Shown here: piece by piece, positions 10,136-20,666 of the stretch
How the letters are laid out: every line of letters starts with the position of its first letter
Numbering within the stretch: position 1 is the first letter of the stretch
Assembly: GCA_964384025.1 (NCBI GenBank)
Contig: CAYLJJ010000002.1
Location: 130,189 to 194,188 of the forward strand
DNA length: 64,000 nt
From: an uncultured Nannocystaceae bacterium
Lineage (GTDB): Bacteria > Myxococcota_A > Bradymonadia > UBA7976 > UBA1532
Reading direction: 5' to 3'
Translations under genes and position numbers: made by a program
The notes under the pieces: model-generated
Told to the model about the DNA's origin: nothing
Database searches by the model: none
Seen by the model: only the letters and a program-made list of their open reading frames with translations

Positions 10136-11044
10136 ATGAGGCTCAAAACCATATCTCCTCTTCTGCCTCTGCTCCTCCTGGGCTCTCTAAGCTGCCAGGG
10201 AGAGGATGAGCCCAATCCTTTCGAAGACAGCGGCCCTCTGGATATCATCTGTCAGCCCAACTGTGAGGAGCTGGAATGTGGCCCAGACCTCAGCTGCGGA
10301 GCCAACTGCGGTCTCTGCTCTACCGGCCTCCTCTGTCGAGAGGGGCGCTGTATTGAGGAGAGCTGCGAATCTGATTGTGAGGAGCTGGAGTGCGGTTTTG
10401 ATCCGATCTGTGGGCTCTCTTGTGGTGAATGCAGTGAAGAGGAGGGCTGCAACAACGGTCGTTGTGTTTCCATGGCTTGTGAGCCAGAATGTGGTATGCG
10501 CGAGTGTGGTTCAGAACCACACTGTGGACAATCCTGCGGAAGCTGTAGTGACACCGAACGTTGTAACAACGGGCAGTGTGTTTCTGCTGTCTGCCAGCCT
10601 GATTGCGAGCATCGAGAGTGTGGTGTCGATGCTATTTGCGGACAGAGCTGCGGGAGCTGTGATGGTACCGAACGTTGTGATACAGGGCACTGCGTCTCAG
10701 CTGTGTGCGTGCCCGAGTGTGAGGGTTTGGAGTGTGGCGTTGATCCCCTCTGCGGGCAGAGCTGCGGGAGCTGTGATGATACTGAGCGCTGTGATACAGG
10801 GCGCTGCGTTCCCGCAGGATGTCAGCCCAACTGCGAGGAGCGGATCTGCGGTCCGGATCCCATCTGTGGTCAATCCTGCGGGAGCTGCGCTCTTACAGAT
10901 CGCTGTGAGGAGGGCCGCTGTCTCCCTGCAGGCTGTCAGCCCAATTGTACCGGCTTAGAGTGTGGGGTGGATCCGGTCTGTAGCTATTCCTGTGGGACCT
11001 GTGAGGGTGTGGAGCGCTGTATAGATGGGCGCTGTGTCCGTTGA
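10136..11044 (+). CDS. Secreted lipoprotein with nine tandem roughly 31-aa Cys-rich repeats (C.P.CE..ECG.D..CG.SCG.C.....C..G.CV), Myxococcus-type cysteine-rich repeat
   Basis: Signal peptide with lipobox (LLLLGSLSC) and a regular 6-Cys repeat unit. Confidence 0.75.
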   Translation: MRLKTISPLLPLLLLGSLSCQGEDEPNPFEDSGPLDIICQPNCEELECGPDLSCGANCGLCSTGLLCREGRCIEESCESDCEELECGFDPICGLSCGECSEEEGCNNGRCVSMACEPECGMRECGSEPHCGQSCGSCSDTERCNNGQCVSAVCQPDCEHRECGVDAICGQSCGSCDGTERCDTGHCVSAVCVPECEGLECGVDPLCGQSCGSCDDTERCDTGRCVPAGCQPNCEERICGPDPICGQSCGSCALTDRCEEGRCLPAGCQPNCTGLECGVDPVCSYSCGTCEGVERCIDGRCVR

Positions 11045-11164
11045 GAGCTTTTTTAAGGCAGGGCTGCTTCAGAGTTCGCCAAGCCCTGAAGCTTAATAAG
11101 ATGAGAGCTTGTTGAGCCTTTGGCGCTCCCATTGCTAACCTAGCTTCGACAAGAAAGGCGGCAC

Positions 11165-11914
11165 ATGCGCTCTATCCCTCTTATCTGCATCGCCAACGCG
11201 CTGCTTCTATCGCTACTCCCTCTTAGGGCTCAGGCAGCCTCTTTTGAAGAGAGCCGTGATCAAGGCACCCTCTATTTCAAGAAGGGGCACTTCAAGCTGG
11301 CTAAGCTCAAGTTAGACGGTGCGTATCGAACCCCTCAGGGAAAGCAGGACTTTCGCACGCTCTATTATCGAGGGCGCAGCGCTCAAAAACTGCTCCTCTT
11401 GGAGACCGCCTTTGAGATGGCCAAAGCGGCGGGTAAGCTCCCTGAGCTGAGCAAAAAAATGAAGTCTAAACTCTTAGAATTTCAAGGTGAACTCGACGAT
11501 TTCTATGGCCCTGTCTATATCAAGCCAGCCAAGGGAGAGACCAACAGTAAAGGGCGCATCTTTCTAGAGTCTAAGACGGGGATCATCAACCGCCAGAAGA
11601 AACGGGTCTTTCTCTCTATTCGAGAGCGCTTTCGCGCTCTGGAGGTCAGCCTGCCTCTGCGTATCTATCTGCCCTATGGGGACTATCTGGCCAACAACAT
11701 TCCCTTCACCATCGCTCGTGGTGAAAAGGAGCCTGTGGTCAATGCCTTCCTACAGATCATTGTTGTCCCCAAGGAGAGCAAGCTCTGGTGGTATGTGGGG
11801 ATCGGCGGCGCCACCGCTGTTGCCGCTGGCTTGGGCGCTTTTCTACTCCTCAATCAAGATGATGCAAAAGTTGAAGATCGACTTATACCCAGGCTCCCGC
11901 AGGAGGAAAGATGA
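11165..11914 (+). CDS. Hypothetical secreted protein with an N-terminal signal peptide and a C-terminal TM anchor
   Basis: MRSIPLICIANALLLSLLPLRAQA signal; C-terminal WWYVGIGGATAVAAGLGAFLLL; stop overlaps the next gene's start. Confidence 0.5.
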   Translation: MRSIPLICIANALLLSLLPLRAQAASFEESRDQGTLYFKKGHFKLAKLKLDGAYRTPQGKQDFRTLYYRGRSAQKLLLLETAFEMAKAAGKLPELSKKMKSKLLEFQGELDDFYGPVYIKPAKGETNSKGRIFLESKTGIINRQKKRVFLSIRERFRALEVSLPLRIYLPYGDYLANNIPFTIARGEKEPVVNAFLQIIVVPKESKLWWYVGIGGATAVAAGLGAFLLLNQDDAKVEDRLIPRLPQEER

Positions 11915-14900
11915 TGATAAAGAGATCTCCAAAGTTCCTCTTGCTGCTCTCAGGTCTGCTCCCCTTAAGCGCCTGTGATGAGAGCGTTAAGTATGAAGAT
12001 CGAACACTGAACATCAGTCTGAACGCTTGTTTGGGAGATAGAGAAGCCTCTGAAGAGGGCCTCGCCAGCACCTGCCGAACACGCTTGGATCAGCGCGTGG
12101 CCGCCTCTGAGAGCAACGCCTGTTTGCTGATCAGAAGGACAGAGGAGGGCAGCGAAGTGCACCCTCTACCGCTGCGCTGGCAAGAGGGTCGGATGTCCTT
12201 CTTGGAGCAGGGTGAGCTGCCCCTGGCTGTAGGCCAGGAGATCGAGGCGGAGCTTTACCTCTTCAGCGCTGAGGAGGAGGCGGGGAGTTGCACCAGGGGC
12301 TTGGCCTTTGGAAGCGCTTGTGAGACCACGACAGGCTGCCTACTCAAGCTGATCCAAACGCCCAGTTCCATCGGAGAGAAGGGCCTTGAGTTTGACTTTG
12401 GAGGCGATAGTGGAGCTTGCCGTACCGAAGGCCCTCTGGACTCTGAGGAGGAGGCGGAGATCTGCGATGGCGCTGACAATGACTGTGATGGAGAGATCGA
12501 TGAGGGTGAGCCAGGTGCCGGTGAAGCTTGTGACAGCGGCGCCTTGGGCATCTGTCAACCTGGGATTCAGACCTGCGTAGAGGGCACGATCCGCTGTGAC
12601 AGCCTGAGCGGACCTGAGCAGGAGATCTGTGGAGATGGCTTGGATAATGATTGTGATGGAGAGCTGGATGAGGAGATCGGCTGGCGACCCAACCCTGAGG
12701 CGGAGACCATCTTCATCGGCCAGCCCTGTGAGCAGGGGCAGGGGCTTTGCCGAGCCTCTGGAACGGTGGTCTGCAACCCAGAAAATCCAAGAGAGGGGCT
12801 CTGTGATGCTCAGCCAGGAGAGGCTGATGTGGAGATCTGTGACGCCCTAGACAATGACTGTGATGGAGAGACTGATGAGGGCTTTGAGTTGGGGATGCCC
12901 TGTACCGTGGGGCAGGGAGAGTGTCGTCGAGAGGGGCTGAGCATCTGTGAAAACGGGGGGATGGGTTGTAATGCTCAGAGCGGAGAGATGAGCCCAGAGA
13001 TCTGCGATGGGAAGGACAATGATTGTGATGGTCTAGAAGATGAAGATTTCCCAGAGCTTTCTCAAAGCTGTTCGCTGGGTGTAGGTGCCTGTCTTCGTGA
13101 GGGGACCTTTGCCTGCAGAGCCGACAATCTGGGGAGTGAATGTAACGCCCGGACTGGATCTCCTGCCCAGGAGATCTGCGGAGATGAGCTGGACAATGAC
13201 TGTGATGGGGAGACTGACGAGGACTTCCGGGAGTTGGGGCAAGCTTGTGAAGTGGGTATCGGTGAGTGTAAGCGCCATGGGGTACGGATCTGTGACCCCA
13301 ACCTCCTCACCCGGATGCGTTGTAGCGTTGACGCTGCAGAACCGGGCGTGGATGACAACTGTGATGGCTTAGATGATGACTGTGATGAGGAGCTTGATGA
13401 GCACTATGAGTCCAGCACAGTTGAGTGTGGCGAGGGAGCTTGTGGCGCTGTCGGTCAGCTGATCTGTCGAGGGGGAGAGGAGCAGAGCACCTGTCGAAGT
13501 GGAGAACCCGCAGAAGATGACGCCAACTGTGATGATATCGATGATGATTGTGATGGAGAGCTGAACGAAGATTGGATCATCCTACCTACCGCCTGTGGTG
13601 TGGGCGCCTGTGCTGCTGCTGGGCGCTTGGTCTGTGTTCGAGGAGAGACTCGGGACACCTGCCAGGAGGGAGAGCCTGCTGTTGACGATTCAAACTGTGA
13701 TGGCCGAGATGATGACTGTAATGGTGAAGTGGACGAGGAGTTCCAGGGCCAGGCGACAGAGTGTGGGGTGGGGGCCTGCTGGGCCACAGGGCATACACGC
13801 TGTGAAGAAGCTCAGATTTTAGACAGCTGCCAACCTGAGGAGCCCGCCGTTGATGACGCCACTTGCGACCTCATCGATGACGACTGCGATGGAGATATGA
13901 ATGAGGATTGGGAGATTTTACCAACGCAGTGCGGCATCCAGGCCTGCGCTTCTACGGGAAGCTTGATCTGCGTTCAGGGCGAAGTTCAAGACACATGTCA
14001 TCCTCGAGAGCCTGCCGCTGATGACGCCAACTGCGATGGTGTTGATGATGATTGCGACGAGATATTTGATGAAGATTTCCTGAGCCAGGCGACGAGCTGT
14101 GGTGTGGGCGCCTGCGCCGCCACCGGCCGTACAGAGTGCTGCCATACAGAAGAGTGTGGTGGTGCGCAGATCATAGACACCTGCACAGCTGAAGAGCCCA
14201 TCAGCGCTGATGATGCTACCTGTGACGCCATCGACGATAACTGTAATGGCAACTTTGATGAGGACTTCTCCAGTCAGGAGACAGAGTGTGGGCGGGGAGA
14301 GTGTCATGCTCAGGGCCTCACCTTCTGTGTACAGGGGGTGGTACAGGACAGCTGTGTACCTGAGCACCCCGCTGCTGATGACGCCAGCTGTGATGGTCGC
14401 GATGATGACTGCGATGGGGAGTTTGACGAAGACTTCTTAAGCCAAGAGACCCGCTGTGGTGTGGGCGCCTGTGCTGCGACAGGCCAAACCGAGTGTATCG
14501 ACGCGCAGATCATAGACAGCTGCGTTCCGGGAGAGCCTGCTCTTGACGATGTGACCTGTGATGCCATCGACGATAACTGCAATGGCAGCTTTGATGAGGG
14601 CTTCTCGAGCCAGGAGACGGAGTGTGGGCGGGGAGAGTGTCATGCTCTGGGCCGCACCTTCTGTGTCCAGGGTGAGGTGCAAGACAGCTGCGCACCCAGG
14701 CTCCCTGCCGAGGGGGACGCCAGCTGCGACGGTCGAGATGATGATTGTGATGGCAGCTTTGATGAAGACTTTCTTGGCAACGCCACCGAGTGTGGCGTGG
14801 GCGCTTGTGCAGCGGGGGGGCAGATCCTCTGTGTTGAAGGGAGACTCCAAGACAGCTGCACACCGAGGCCGCCTGCCGCCGATGATGTCAGCTGTGATGG

Positions 14901-17796
14901 CGTCGATGATGATTGTGATGCATTGATCGACGAGGATTTTCAGCGGGTGGTTGTCCAATGTGGTGAGGGATCCTGTGGAGACTCAGGAGAGACCATCTGT
15001 ATCAACGGCCAGGAGGAGGACACTTGCGCGCCAGGGACTCCTGCGCTCAATGACGCCAGCTGCGACGGTGTTGACGATGACTGTGATGGAGTGACGGATG
15101 AGGATTACCTCCCACAGGAGACTCAATGCGGCGTTGGTGCTTGCGCCTCTACAGGCTTGCTGAGCTGCGTCAATGGCGCTGAGCAGGACAGCTGTATCGC
15201 TGGAGATCCTGCTCCAGACGACGCCAGTTGTGATGGTGTAGATGATGATTGTGATGGCCGCTTCGATGAGAACTACCGCTCTTTGGAGACCCAGTGCGGC
15301 CAGGGAGAATGTCTGTCTCAAGGTCGTACCTTCTGTATCCAGGGGGTGGTGGAGGACAGCTGTGAAGAGGGGCAGGTGGCCCCCAACGATCCTACTTGCG
15401 ATGGTCGGGATGATGACTGTGATGGCCGCTTCGATGAGGACTATATCAGACAGGAGCCTCAGTGTGGGATTGGCGCCTGCGTCAGCACAGGGCGTACACG
15501 TTGCCAAGGTGGCCGTATCCTAGACTCCTGCCGACCTCTTCATCCTGCGGACGATGACGCCACCTGCGACAACATCGATGATGACTGTGACGGGATCCGC
15601 GACGAGAACTTCCTCTTTCAGGAGACAGAATGTGGTCGAGGAGAGTGTCTCGCCCAGGGCCGCACCTTCTGCGTCCAGGGGGTCTTGACCGACAGCTGTG
15701 TGCCTGGAGAGCCCGCCGGTGATGATCCCAGCTGTGATGGTCGAGATGATGACTGCGATGGAGAGGATGATGAAGATTATCTGAGCCAGGGCACCGAGTG
15801 TGGTGTGGGTGACTGCTTCGCTGAGGGGGTCACTCTCTGTGTCGCTGGAGAGATCCAAGACAGCTGTACGCCTGGGGATCCCGCCAATGATGATGCCACC
15901 TGTGATGGTATCGATGATGACTGCGATGCGCTCACAGATGAGGATTTTGTTCGTGAGCCGGTGGTCTGCGGTGAGGGCTCCTGTGGAGACTCGGGAGAGA
16001 CCATCTGCATTAACGGTGGGGAAGAGAACACCTGCGCACCGGGAGAAGCCGCTGGGGATGATGCCACCTGCGATGGTGTCGATGATGATTGTGATGGGGT
16101 GACCGATGAGGACTATACCCCACAACGAACTCAGTGTGGTGTAGGGATCTGCGTCTCTACCGGATGGCTGAGCTGTGTTGGTGGCGTAGAGCAGGACAGC
16201 TGCGTTACTGGAGATCCCGCGATTAATGATGCCAATTGCAACACTGTAGATGATGATTGTAATGGTGAAGTTGATGAAGACTATCCAGTTGAAGCAACCA
16301 GCTGTGGTGTTGGCCCTTGTGCGGCTGTTGGATTATTGACCTGTGATAATGGTGCAATCACCGATTCCTGCACTCCAGGAGTTCCTGCTAATAGTGATGC
16401 CAGCTGTAATGGAAACGATGACAATTGCAATGGGGCTGTAGATGAGGAGTACCTTGGCGAAGAGACCGTTTGTGGTATTGGTGAGTGTATAAGAACGGGC
16501 CGGATTTTTTGTGTTAATGGGAGCGAACAAGATTCTTGTGTAGAAGGAATTCCAGGGAACGATAATAATTGCGATGGACGCGATAATGATTGTGATGGAG
16601 AGATTGATGAACATTATCTCGTCCAGCAAACAGAGTGCGGTATAGGCCCCTGTATTTCTCAAGGACATACGCGCTGTGTAAATGGAACAGTTGAAGATGA
16701 TTGTATCCCTGGAGTGCCGCCAGGAGAAGACACGAACTGTGATAATATAGACAATGACTGCGATGGTACTGTTGATGATGATTATGTTCGAGTCGTCATC
16801 GAATGTGGTGAAGGATCTTGTGGAGAGGCTGGAGAAATAATATGTGTCAATGGACAGGAATACAACACATGTCAGCCAGGAGAGCCTGCTGCCGATGACA
16901 GCACATGTGATGGGATTGACGATGACTGTGACGGGGAGACAGACGAAGACTATGTAAGACAGAACACATCATGTGGAATTGGTCTATGTGTCTCTCAAGG
17001 GACTCTGAAATGCGTAAATGGCGCAGAGCATGACAGCTGTGTTCCTGGTAATGGGGCTGTAGATGATTCAACCTGCGATGATATTGATGATGACTGTGAT
17101 GGGCAAAGCGATGAAGAGTACTCCCCTCCAGTGACAAACTGTGGTGTAGGAGCCTGCGCCGCACAGGGCCTCCTCAATTGTCAGAATGGAGTTGAAGTAG
17201 ATACTTGCAGTCCGGGCGTGGCGGGAGACGAACTCTGTGGAAACCTATCGGATGATGATTGTGATGGAGAGGTAGATGAGGGTTTCCCCAATCTGGAGCA
17301 GGACTGCATTGTGGGTCAGGGAGAGTGTGAAGAGGCAGGGATCTTGGTCTGTACCGCAGATGGTCTCAACACCACCTGTAGCGTGAGCCCTACCGAGCCC
17401 CAAAATGAGATCTGCGATGGTTTGGACAATGACTGTGATGGGGATGTGGATGAAGAAAACCCAGGCGGTGGCGCACCCTGTAGCATGGGGGAGCAAGGGG
17501 TCTGCGACACTGGGCTGATTGAGTGTATTGGCGGAGCTCCCGCCTGTGTTCAAATCCAGGGAGCTGAAGCGGAGATCTGCGATGGTTTGGACAATGATTG
17601 CGATGGGGATACGGATGAAGAGCTGGGGCAGAGCACCTGTGGTCTGGGGATCTGTGAGAACACTGTAGATAATTGTCTATTGGGAGAGGAGCAGCTCTGT
17701 GAGCCCTTAGATCTCGCTGTCGCTGAGATCTGTGATGATGGATTGGATAATAACTGTGACGGTGATGTAGACGCAGCGGACGCTGGCTGCCCCTAA
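11911..17796 (+). CDS. Giant (1961 aa) lipoprotein composed of about 40 tandem MopE-like putative metal-binding repeats (C.G.G.C...G...C..G...D.C.PGEPA.DD..CDG.DDDCDG..DED)
   Basis: RBS GAGGAGG; lipoprotein signal LLSGLLPLSAC; (E/A)ICDG.DNDCDGE.DE or CDG.DDDCDG..DED motifs recur about every 45-50 aa through the whole protein. Confidence 0.8.
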   Translation: MMIKRSPKFLLLLSGLLPLSACDESVKYEDRTLNISLNACLGDREASEEGLASTCRTRLDQRVAASESNACLLIRRTEEGSEVHPLPLRWQEGRMSFLEQGELPLAVGQEIEAELYLFSAEEEAGSCTRGLAFGSACETTTGCLLKLIQTPSSIGEKGLEFDFGGDSGACRTEGPLDSEEEAEICDGADNDCDGEIDEGEPGAGEACDSGALGICQPGIQTCVEGTIRCDSLSGPEQEICGDGLDNDCDGELDEEIGWRPNPEAETIFIGQPCEQGQGLCRASGTVVCNPENPREGLCDAQPGEADVEICDALDNDCDGETDEGFELGMPCTVGQGECRREGLSICENGGMGCNAQSGEMSPEICDGKDNDCDGLEDEDFPELSQSCSLGVGACLREGTFACRADNLGSECNARTGSPAQEICGDELDNDCDGETDEDFRELGQACEVGIGECKRHGVRICDPNLLTRMRCSVDAAEPGVDDNCDGLDDDCDEELDEHYESSTVECGEGACGAVGQLICRGGEEQSTCRSGEPAEDDANCDDIDDDCDGELNEDWIILPTACGVGACAAAGRLVCVRGETRDTCQEGEPAVDDSNCDGRDDDCNGEVDEEFQGQATECGVGACWATGHTRCEEAQILDSCQPEEPAVDDATCDLIDDDCDGDMNEDWEILPTQCGIQACASTGSLICVQGEVQDTCHPREPAADDANCDGVDDDCDEIFDEDFLSQATSCGVGACAATGRTECCHTEECGGAQIIDTCTAEEPISADDATCDAIDDNCNGNFDEDFSSQETECGRGECHAQGLTFCVQGVVQDSCVPEHPAADDASCDGRDDDCDGEFDEDFLSQETRCGVGACAATGQTECIDAQIIDSCVPGEPALDDVTCDAIDDNCNGSFDEGFSSQETECGRGECHALGRTFCVQGEVQDSCAPRLPAEGDASCDGRDDDCDGSFDEDFLGNATECGVGACAAGGQILCVEGRLQDSCTPRPPAADDVSCDGVDDDCDALIDEDFQRVVVQCGEGSCGDSGETICINGQEEDTCAPGTPALNDASCDGVDDDCDGVTDEDYLPQETQCGVGACASTGLLSCVNGAEQDSCIAGDPAPDDASCDGVDDDCDGRFDENYRSLETQCGQGECLSQGRTFCIQGVVEDSCEEGQVAPNDPTCDGRDDDCDGRFDEDYIRQEPQCGIGACVSTGRTRCQGGRILDSCRPLHPADDDATCDNIDDDCDGIRDENFLFQETECGRGECLAQGRTFCVQGVLTDSCVPGEPAGDDPSCDGRDDDCDGEDDEDYLSQGTECGVGDCFAEGVTLCVAGEIQDSCTPGDPANDDATCDGIDDDCDALTDEDFVREPVVCGEGSCGDSGETICINGGEENTCAPGEAAGDDATCDGVDDDCDGVTDEDYTPQRTQCGVGICVSTGWLSCVGGVEQDSCVTGDPAINDANCNTVDDDCNGEVDEDYPVEATSCGVGPCAAVGLLTCDNGAITDSCTPGVPANSDASCNGNDDNCNGAVDEEYLGEETVCGIGECIRTGRIFCVNGSEQDSCVEGIPGNDNNCDGRDNDCDGEIDEHYLVQQTECGIGPCISQGHTRCVNGTVEDDCIPGVPPGEDTNCDNIDNDCDGTVDDDYVRVVIECGEGSCGEAGEIICVNGQEYNTCQPGEPAADDSTCDGIDDDCDGETDEDYVRQNTSCGIGLCVSQGTLKCVNGAEHDSCVPGNGAVDDSTCDDIDDDCDGQSDEEYSPPVTNCGVGACAAQGLLNCQNGVEVDTCSPGVAGDELCGNLSDDDCDGEVDEGFPNLEQDCIVGQGECEEAGILVCTADGLNTTCSVSPTEPQNEICDGLDNDCDGDVDEENPGGGAPCSMGEQGVCDTGLIECIGGAPACVQIQGAEAEICDGLDNDCDGDTDEELGQSTCGLGICENTVDNCLLGEEQLCEPLDLAVAEICDDGLDNNCDGDVDAADAGCP
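12420..17760 (+). repeat. Intragenic tandem repeat array (about 135-150 bp units, about 40 copies) encoding the MopE-like repeats
   Basis: Periodic gatgatgactgtgatgg / gacaatgactgtgatgg DNA motifs. Confidence 0.7.
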
Positions 17797-17844
17797 GGTC
17801 CCGTTGGCCTATCCTACTAACGACGATCAGCCAGCAACCCCGAG

Positions 17845-20244
17845 TCAGAGATCACTCAACCAGGGCAGGCGAGCGAGAGCCTCACCAGAGGGATGCAGGA
17901 GGAAGGGGTGCTGAACCAACTCCCCCAGGAGCCGACCCAGAGCAGGCAGCTCAGGGATAACTCGCAAGCTGATCTTCTCAGGAGGCAGCAGTAGACGATA
18001 GTCCCCCTCTCCCAAACCGGCTGCCAAGACCGCCAGATCGATCGCTGTTAGAAAGCCTGCCTCCCGATCAACGAGACCACAGGCCAGGGCATGATCCCCC
18101 ATCCAGACTCGCCCAGAAGCCAGGGCCTCCACCTCAGGGAGACCAAGACCCTCTCGGCTCTCAGCCACCCGTTGATGAAAGAGATCATCCAGCGCCTCGA
18201 TCAGCGAGCGATAGGCGATCCGCTCCTCAGGGCTCCAGGGCTTTGAGTGGCTTAGGATGGCGGCGTTGCGCCCTCGAGAGAAGAGCAGATGCTTGACGCC
18301 CAGCTTCTTATAGAGCCCCGAGAGGTTGAACTTGCCACCGAAAACCCCGATGCTCCCTGTGATGGTCTGTGGAGAGACCAGGATCTCTTGAGCTGGGACG
18401 GCGGCGTAGTAGCCCCCAGAGGCGGCTACATCTCCCATACTGACGATCAGGGGCTTCTCCTGAGCTAGGCGGCTCAGCTCCCGCCACATCGTATCTGAGG
18501 CGGAGGCGGAGCCCCCAGGGCTGTCGATCCTCAGGACCACAGCTTTGACTCGGGGATCCTCCCGTAGGCTGCGCAAGGCTTGGAGGAAGCTGTGGGCCCC
18601 TGTGGTGCGATGCCCCAGGGTGGGCTGAGTGAGTGACTCTCCTCCGGTGATCTCGCCCACGATAAAGAGCAAGCCGATCGCGGGCTGGCTGCCCCAGCGT
18701 TGATCTCGGGGGCGCTCCAGCTTGCTCAGCTCCAGGAAGCGCACCGAAGCACCAAAGCGCTCCCGAAAGATCCGGTCAAACTCATCATAGTGGATCAGCT
18801 CATCCAGGAGCTGAGCCTTCTCAGCAGCTTGAACACTATAAGGCCCCCCATCGATGATCGCCTTAACCGTCTCCTCCTTAAGCCCACGCTCGCTCATGAT
18901 CTCCTGGATGACCATCTCATAGAGGTTGTCCAGGATCTGTTCCTCCATACGCGCCGCGTTTTGAGAGGGACCGCTGCGCGTAAACATCTCTGGCGCCGTC
19001 TTAAAGCCCCCACTGGCGACAAACTCCGCCTGGATCCCCAATGAATCTAGAAGGTCTCGGAGGTACCAAAACTGCCCCTTAACTCCAGTGAGCAGGAGGG
19101 CTCCAGCGGGAGGAGCGTAGATGCGCTCAGCGCGTACCGCGATGCTGTAGTTGCGGGTGTCTCCAAAGGGCAGCCAAGCATAGACCACCTTTCCAGCGTC
19201 TCGCAGCGCCTGGATCGAGCGCCGCAGCTCATGGGCCTGAGCCCAACCCAGATCACCCTCCCCAAAAGTCAGGAGAACCCCATCCACATCCTCTCGTCGG
19301 CTCAGATGTCGAAGATCTTGGAGCAGGGTCAAGAAGGGGGTTGAGGGGGCGCCTCCCAGAAGGGGGGCTGGACCCAACTCCTGACTGGCTCCGATAGAGA
19401 CCTCCACCACCAAGGGCGCGCTGCGATAGGGGTCTAAGCTTCCTTCAGAACGATACTCAGCATGGACAGCGAAGCCGTCGCGACCCTCAGGTTTGCTCAG
19501 ATCAGCGCTGTAACCAAAGAAGCCCAGACCCAAGGCGCTGTCCAAAAGTCCCAAGAAGAGACGCTGGACGCCATCATGGTGCTCATAGCGAGCGCTGAGA
19601 CTCAAGGCGCCCCAGAGCTGTAGCTTAAAGCCCCCTCCATACCAGGGGGTCTCCATTCCTCCCTCCTCGCTCCGCAAAGAGGCAGAGAGGCTTAGGGCCT
19701 CGGTCCCTGGGCGCAGCGCCAGGGCGAAGTCATAGCCCCGCTGAATCAACCGCCCTTGGTGAAGCGGGCTGCTCAAATCTCGGATGTTGAGCCCCACCGC
19801 CAACCAACGGCTGGGGCGCAGTTGAAAGCCCAAATCCCAGCTCTCCAGGCCATCTAGGAGTGGGTCTTCATCAGCAAAGAAATAGCTCCAATTGAACCCC
19901 AGAGAGAGGCTTGAGCCCAGACGGAGCGCGTGGCCCCAGCCGAACTTAAGGGGGGCGTGCTCCTGAGCACCAGGAGGGTTGAGGAGTTGGAATCCCAGAC
20001 CCATATGGTAAGGATCCAAGAGCCCAAAAGCGCCAAAGAAAGCTTGCCCCTGCCCCAAGCGCTGCCGTTTGGCTTCGACGAGGGTAAAGCTCAGCTCCAG
20101 CGGATCGGAGAAGGCCAGCCCAGCGGGGTTGCTCTCCAAGGCCGCCGCGCGCTCCTCTGTGGCGACGTCCCCCTGGGGTTGTAGAACCCCCTGGGTAGGG
20201 CGCCAAGCCAGGAGGAGGGGGAGGAGCATCAGGAGTGAGCGCAT
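17845..20244 (-). CDS. sppA: Signal peptide peptidase SppA, 67K type (two S49 domains), with an extra roughly 250-aa N-terminal domain
   Basis: Two S49 cores: IVSMGDVAASGGYYAA and EFVASGGFKTAPEMF. The signal peptide MRSLLMLLPLLLAWRP begins at the internal Met, so the start is moved from the track's 20382 to 20244. Confidence 0.65.
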   Translation of the reverse strand: MRSLLMLLPLLLAWRPTQGVLQPQGDVATEERAAALESNPAGLAFSDPLELSFTLVEAKRQRLGQGQAFFGAFGLLDPYHMGLGFQLLNPPGAQEHAPLKFGWGHALRLGSSLSLGFNWSYFFADEDPLLDGLESWDLGFQLRPSRWLAVGLNIRDLSSPLHQGRLIQRGYDFALALRPGTEALSLSASLRSEEGGMETPWYGGGFKLQLWGALSLSARYEHHDGVQRLFLGLLDSALGLGFFGYSADLSKPEGRDGFAVHAEYRSEGSLDPYRSAPLVVEVSIGASQELGPAPLLGGAPSTPFLTLLQDLRHLSRREDVDGVLLTFGEGDLGWAQAHELRRSIQALRDAGKVVYAWLPFGDTRNYSIAVRAERIYAPPAGALLLTGVKGQFWYLRDLLDSLGIQAEFVASGGFKTAPEMFTRSGPSQNAARMEEQILDNLYEMVIQEIMSERGLKEETVKAIIDGGPYSVQAAEKAQLLDELIHYDEFDRIFRERFGASVRFLELSKLERPRDQRWGSQPAIGLLFIVGEITGGESLTQPTLGHRTTGAHSFLQALRSLREDPRVKAVVLRIDSPGGSASASDTMWRELSRLAQEKPLIVSMGDVAASGGYYAAVPAQEILVSPQTITGSIGVFGGKFNLSGLYKKLGVKHLLFSRGRNAAILSHSKPWSPEERIAYRSLIEALDDLFHQRVAESREGLGLPEVEALASGRVWMGDHALACGLVDREAGFLTAIDLAVLAAGLGEGDYRLLLPPEKISLRVIPELPALGRLLGELVQHPFLLHPSGEALARLPWLSDL

Positions 20245-20666
20245 AGAGACCTCAGAGAGCATGAAGTCGCTCATCTTGGCGATTTTTTCTGAGCTTGGAA
20301 AGCGAGCTGGTTTGAGCATCTCAGGCAGCGCGGTGGAGACACAGGAGCAAAGATCACAGCGTATAGCAGCGATTGACTTCAAAGCCCTTGAGTCCTCGTG
20401 TGATCGTCGCCGCTTGGGGCTCGATCTTCAGCCAGGGCTTTGAGTCGATCTGCTCCAGAACAAACCCGTTACCTCAACCGCAGAGAGGCATATCGGCGCC
20501 TTGAGGTTTTGGCTCTCATCGATAAAGCAGAGCGCTGATCTCAGATCCTCGATCTTGCTCAGGATCGCGTAGTGGTGGAGATCTCTAGGCTCGGCGCTGA
20601 GAGGAGAGAACACGCAACGTTTGGCGCAGCTTAAGCAGGCGTAGAGTGCTGATAAAGACAGCGAAT

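Noticed and set aside
10206-10958. 250-aa ORF in an alternative frame of the Cys-rich repeat lipoprotein gene, and a 105-aa antisense ORF at 10252-10569
   Set aside because: The frame-1 product shows the perfect Cys-repeat periodicity and has the signal peptide. The others are low-complexity artefacts of the repeat.
11055-11095. Possible terminator hairpin after the Cys-rich lipoprotein gene (GCTTCAG ... CTGAAGC / CAGGGCT ... AGCCCTG)
   Set aside because: There is no U-tract, and the intergenic region before the next gene is short. It is probably just a stem-loop.
12255-17553. Numerous 60-200 aa ORFs on both strands inside the MopE-repeat gene, for example 14437-14958 and 15520-16125
   Set aside because: The GAT/GAC-rich repeat DNA is stop-poor in several frames; they have no independent signals.
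17845-20382. Track start at 20382 for SppA, and at 40374 for the TSP3 giant
   Set aside because: In both, a textbook signal peptide begins at an internal Met (20244; 40350). The upstream residues are probably not translated.
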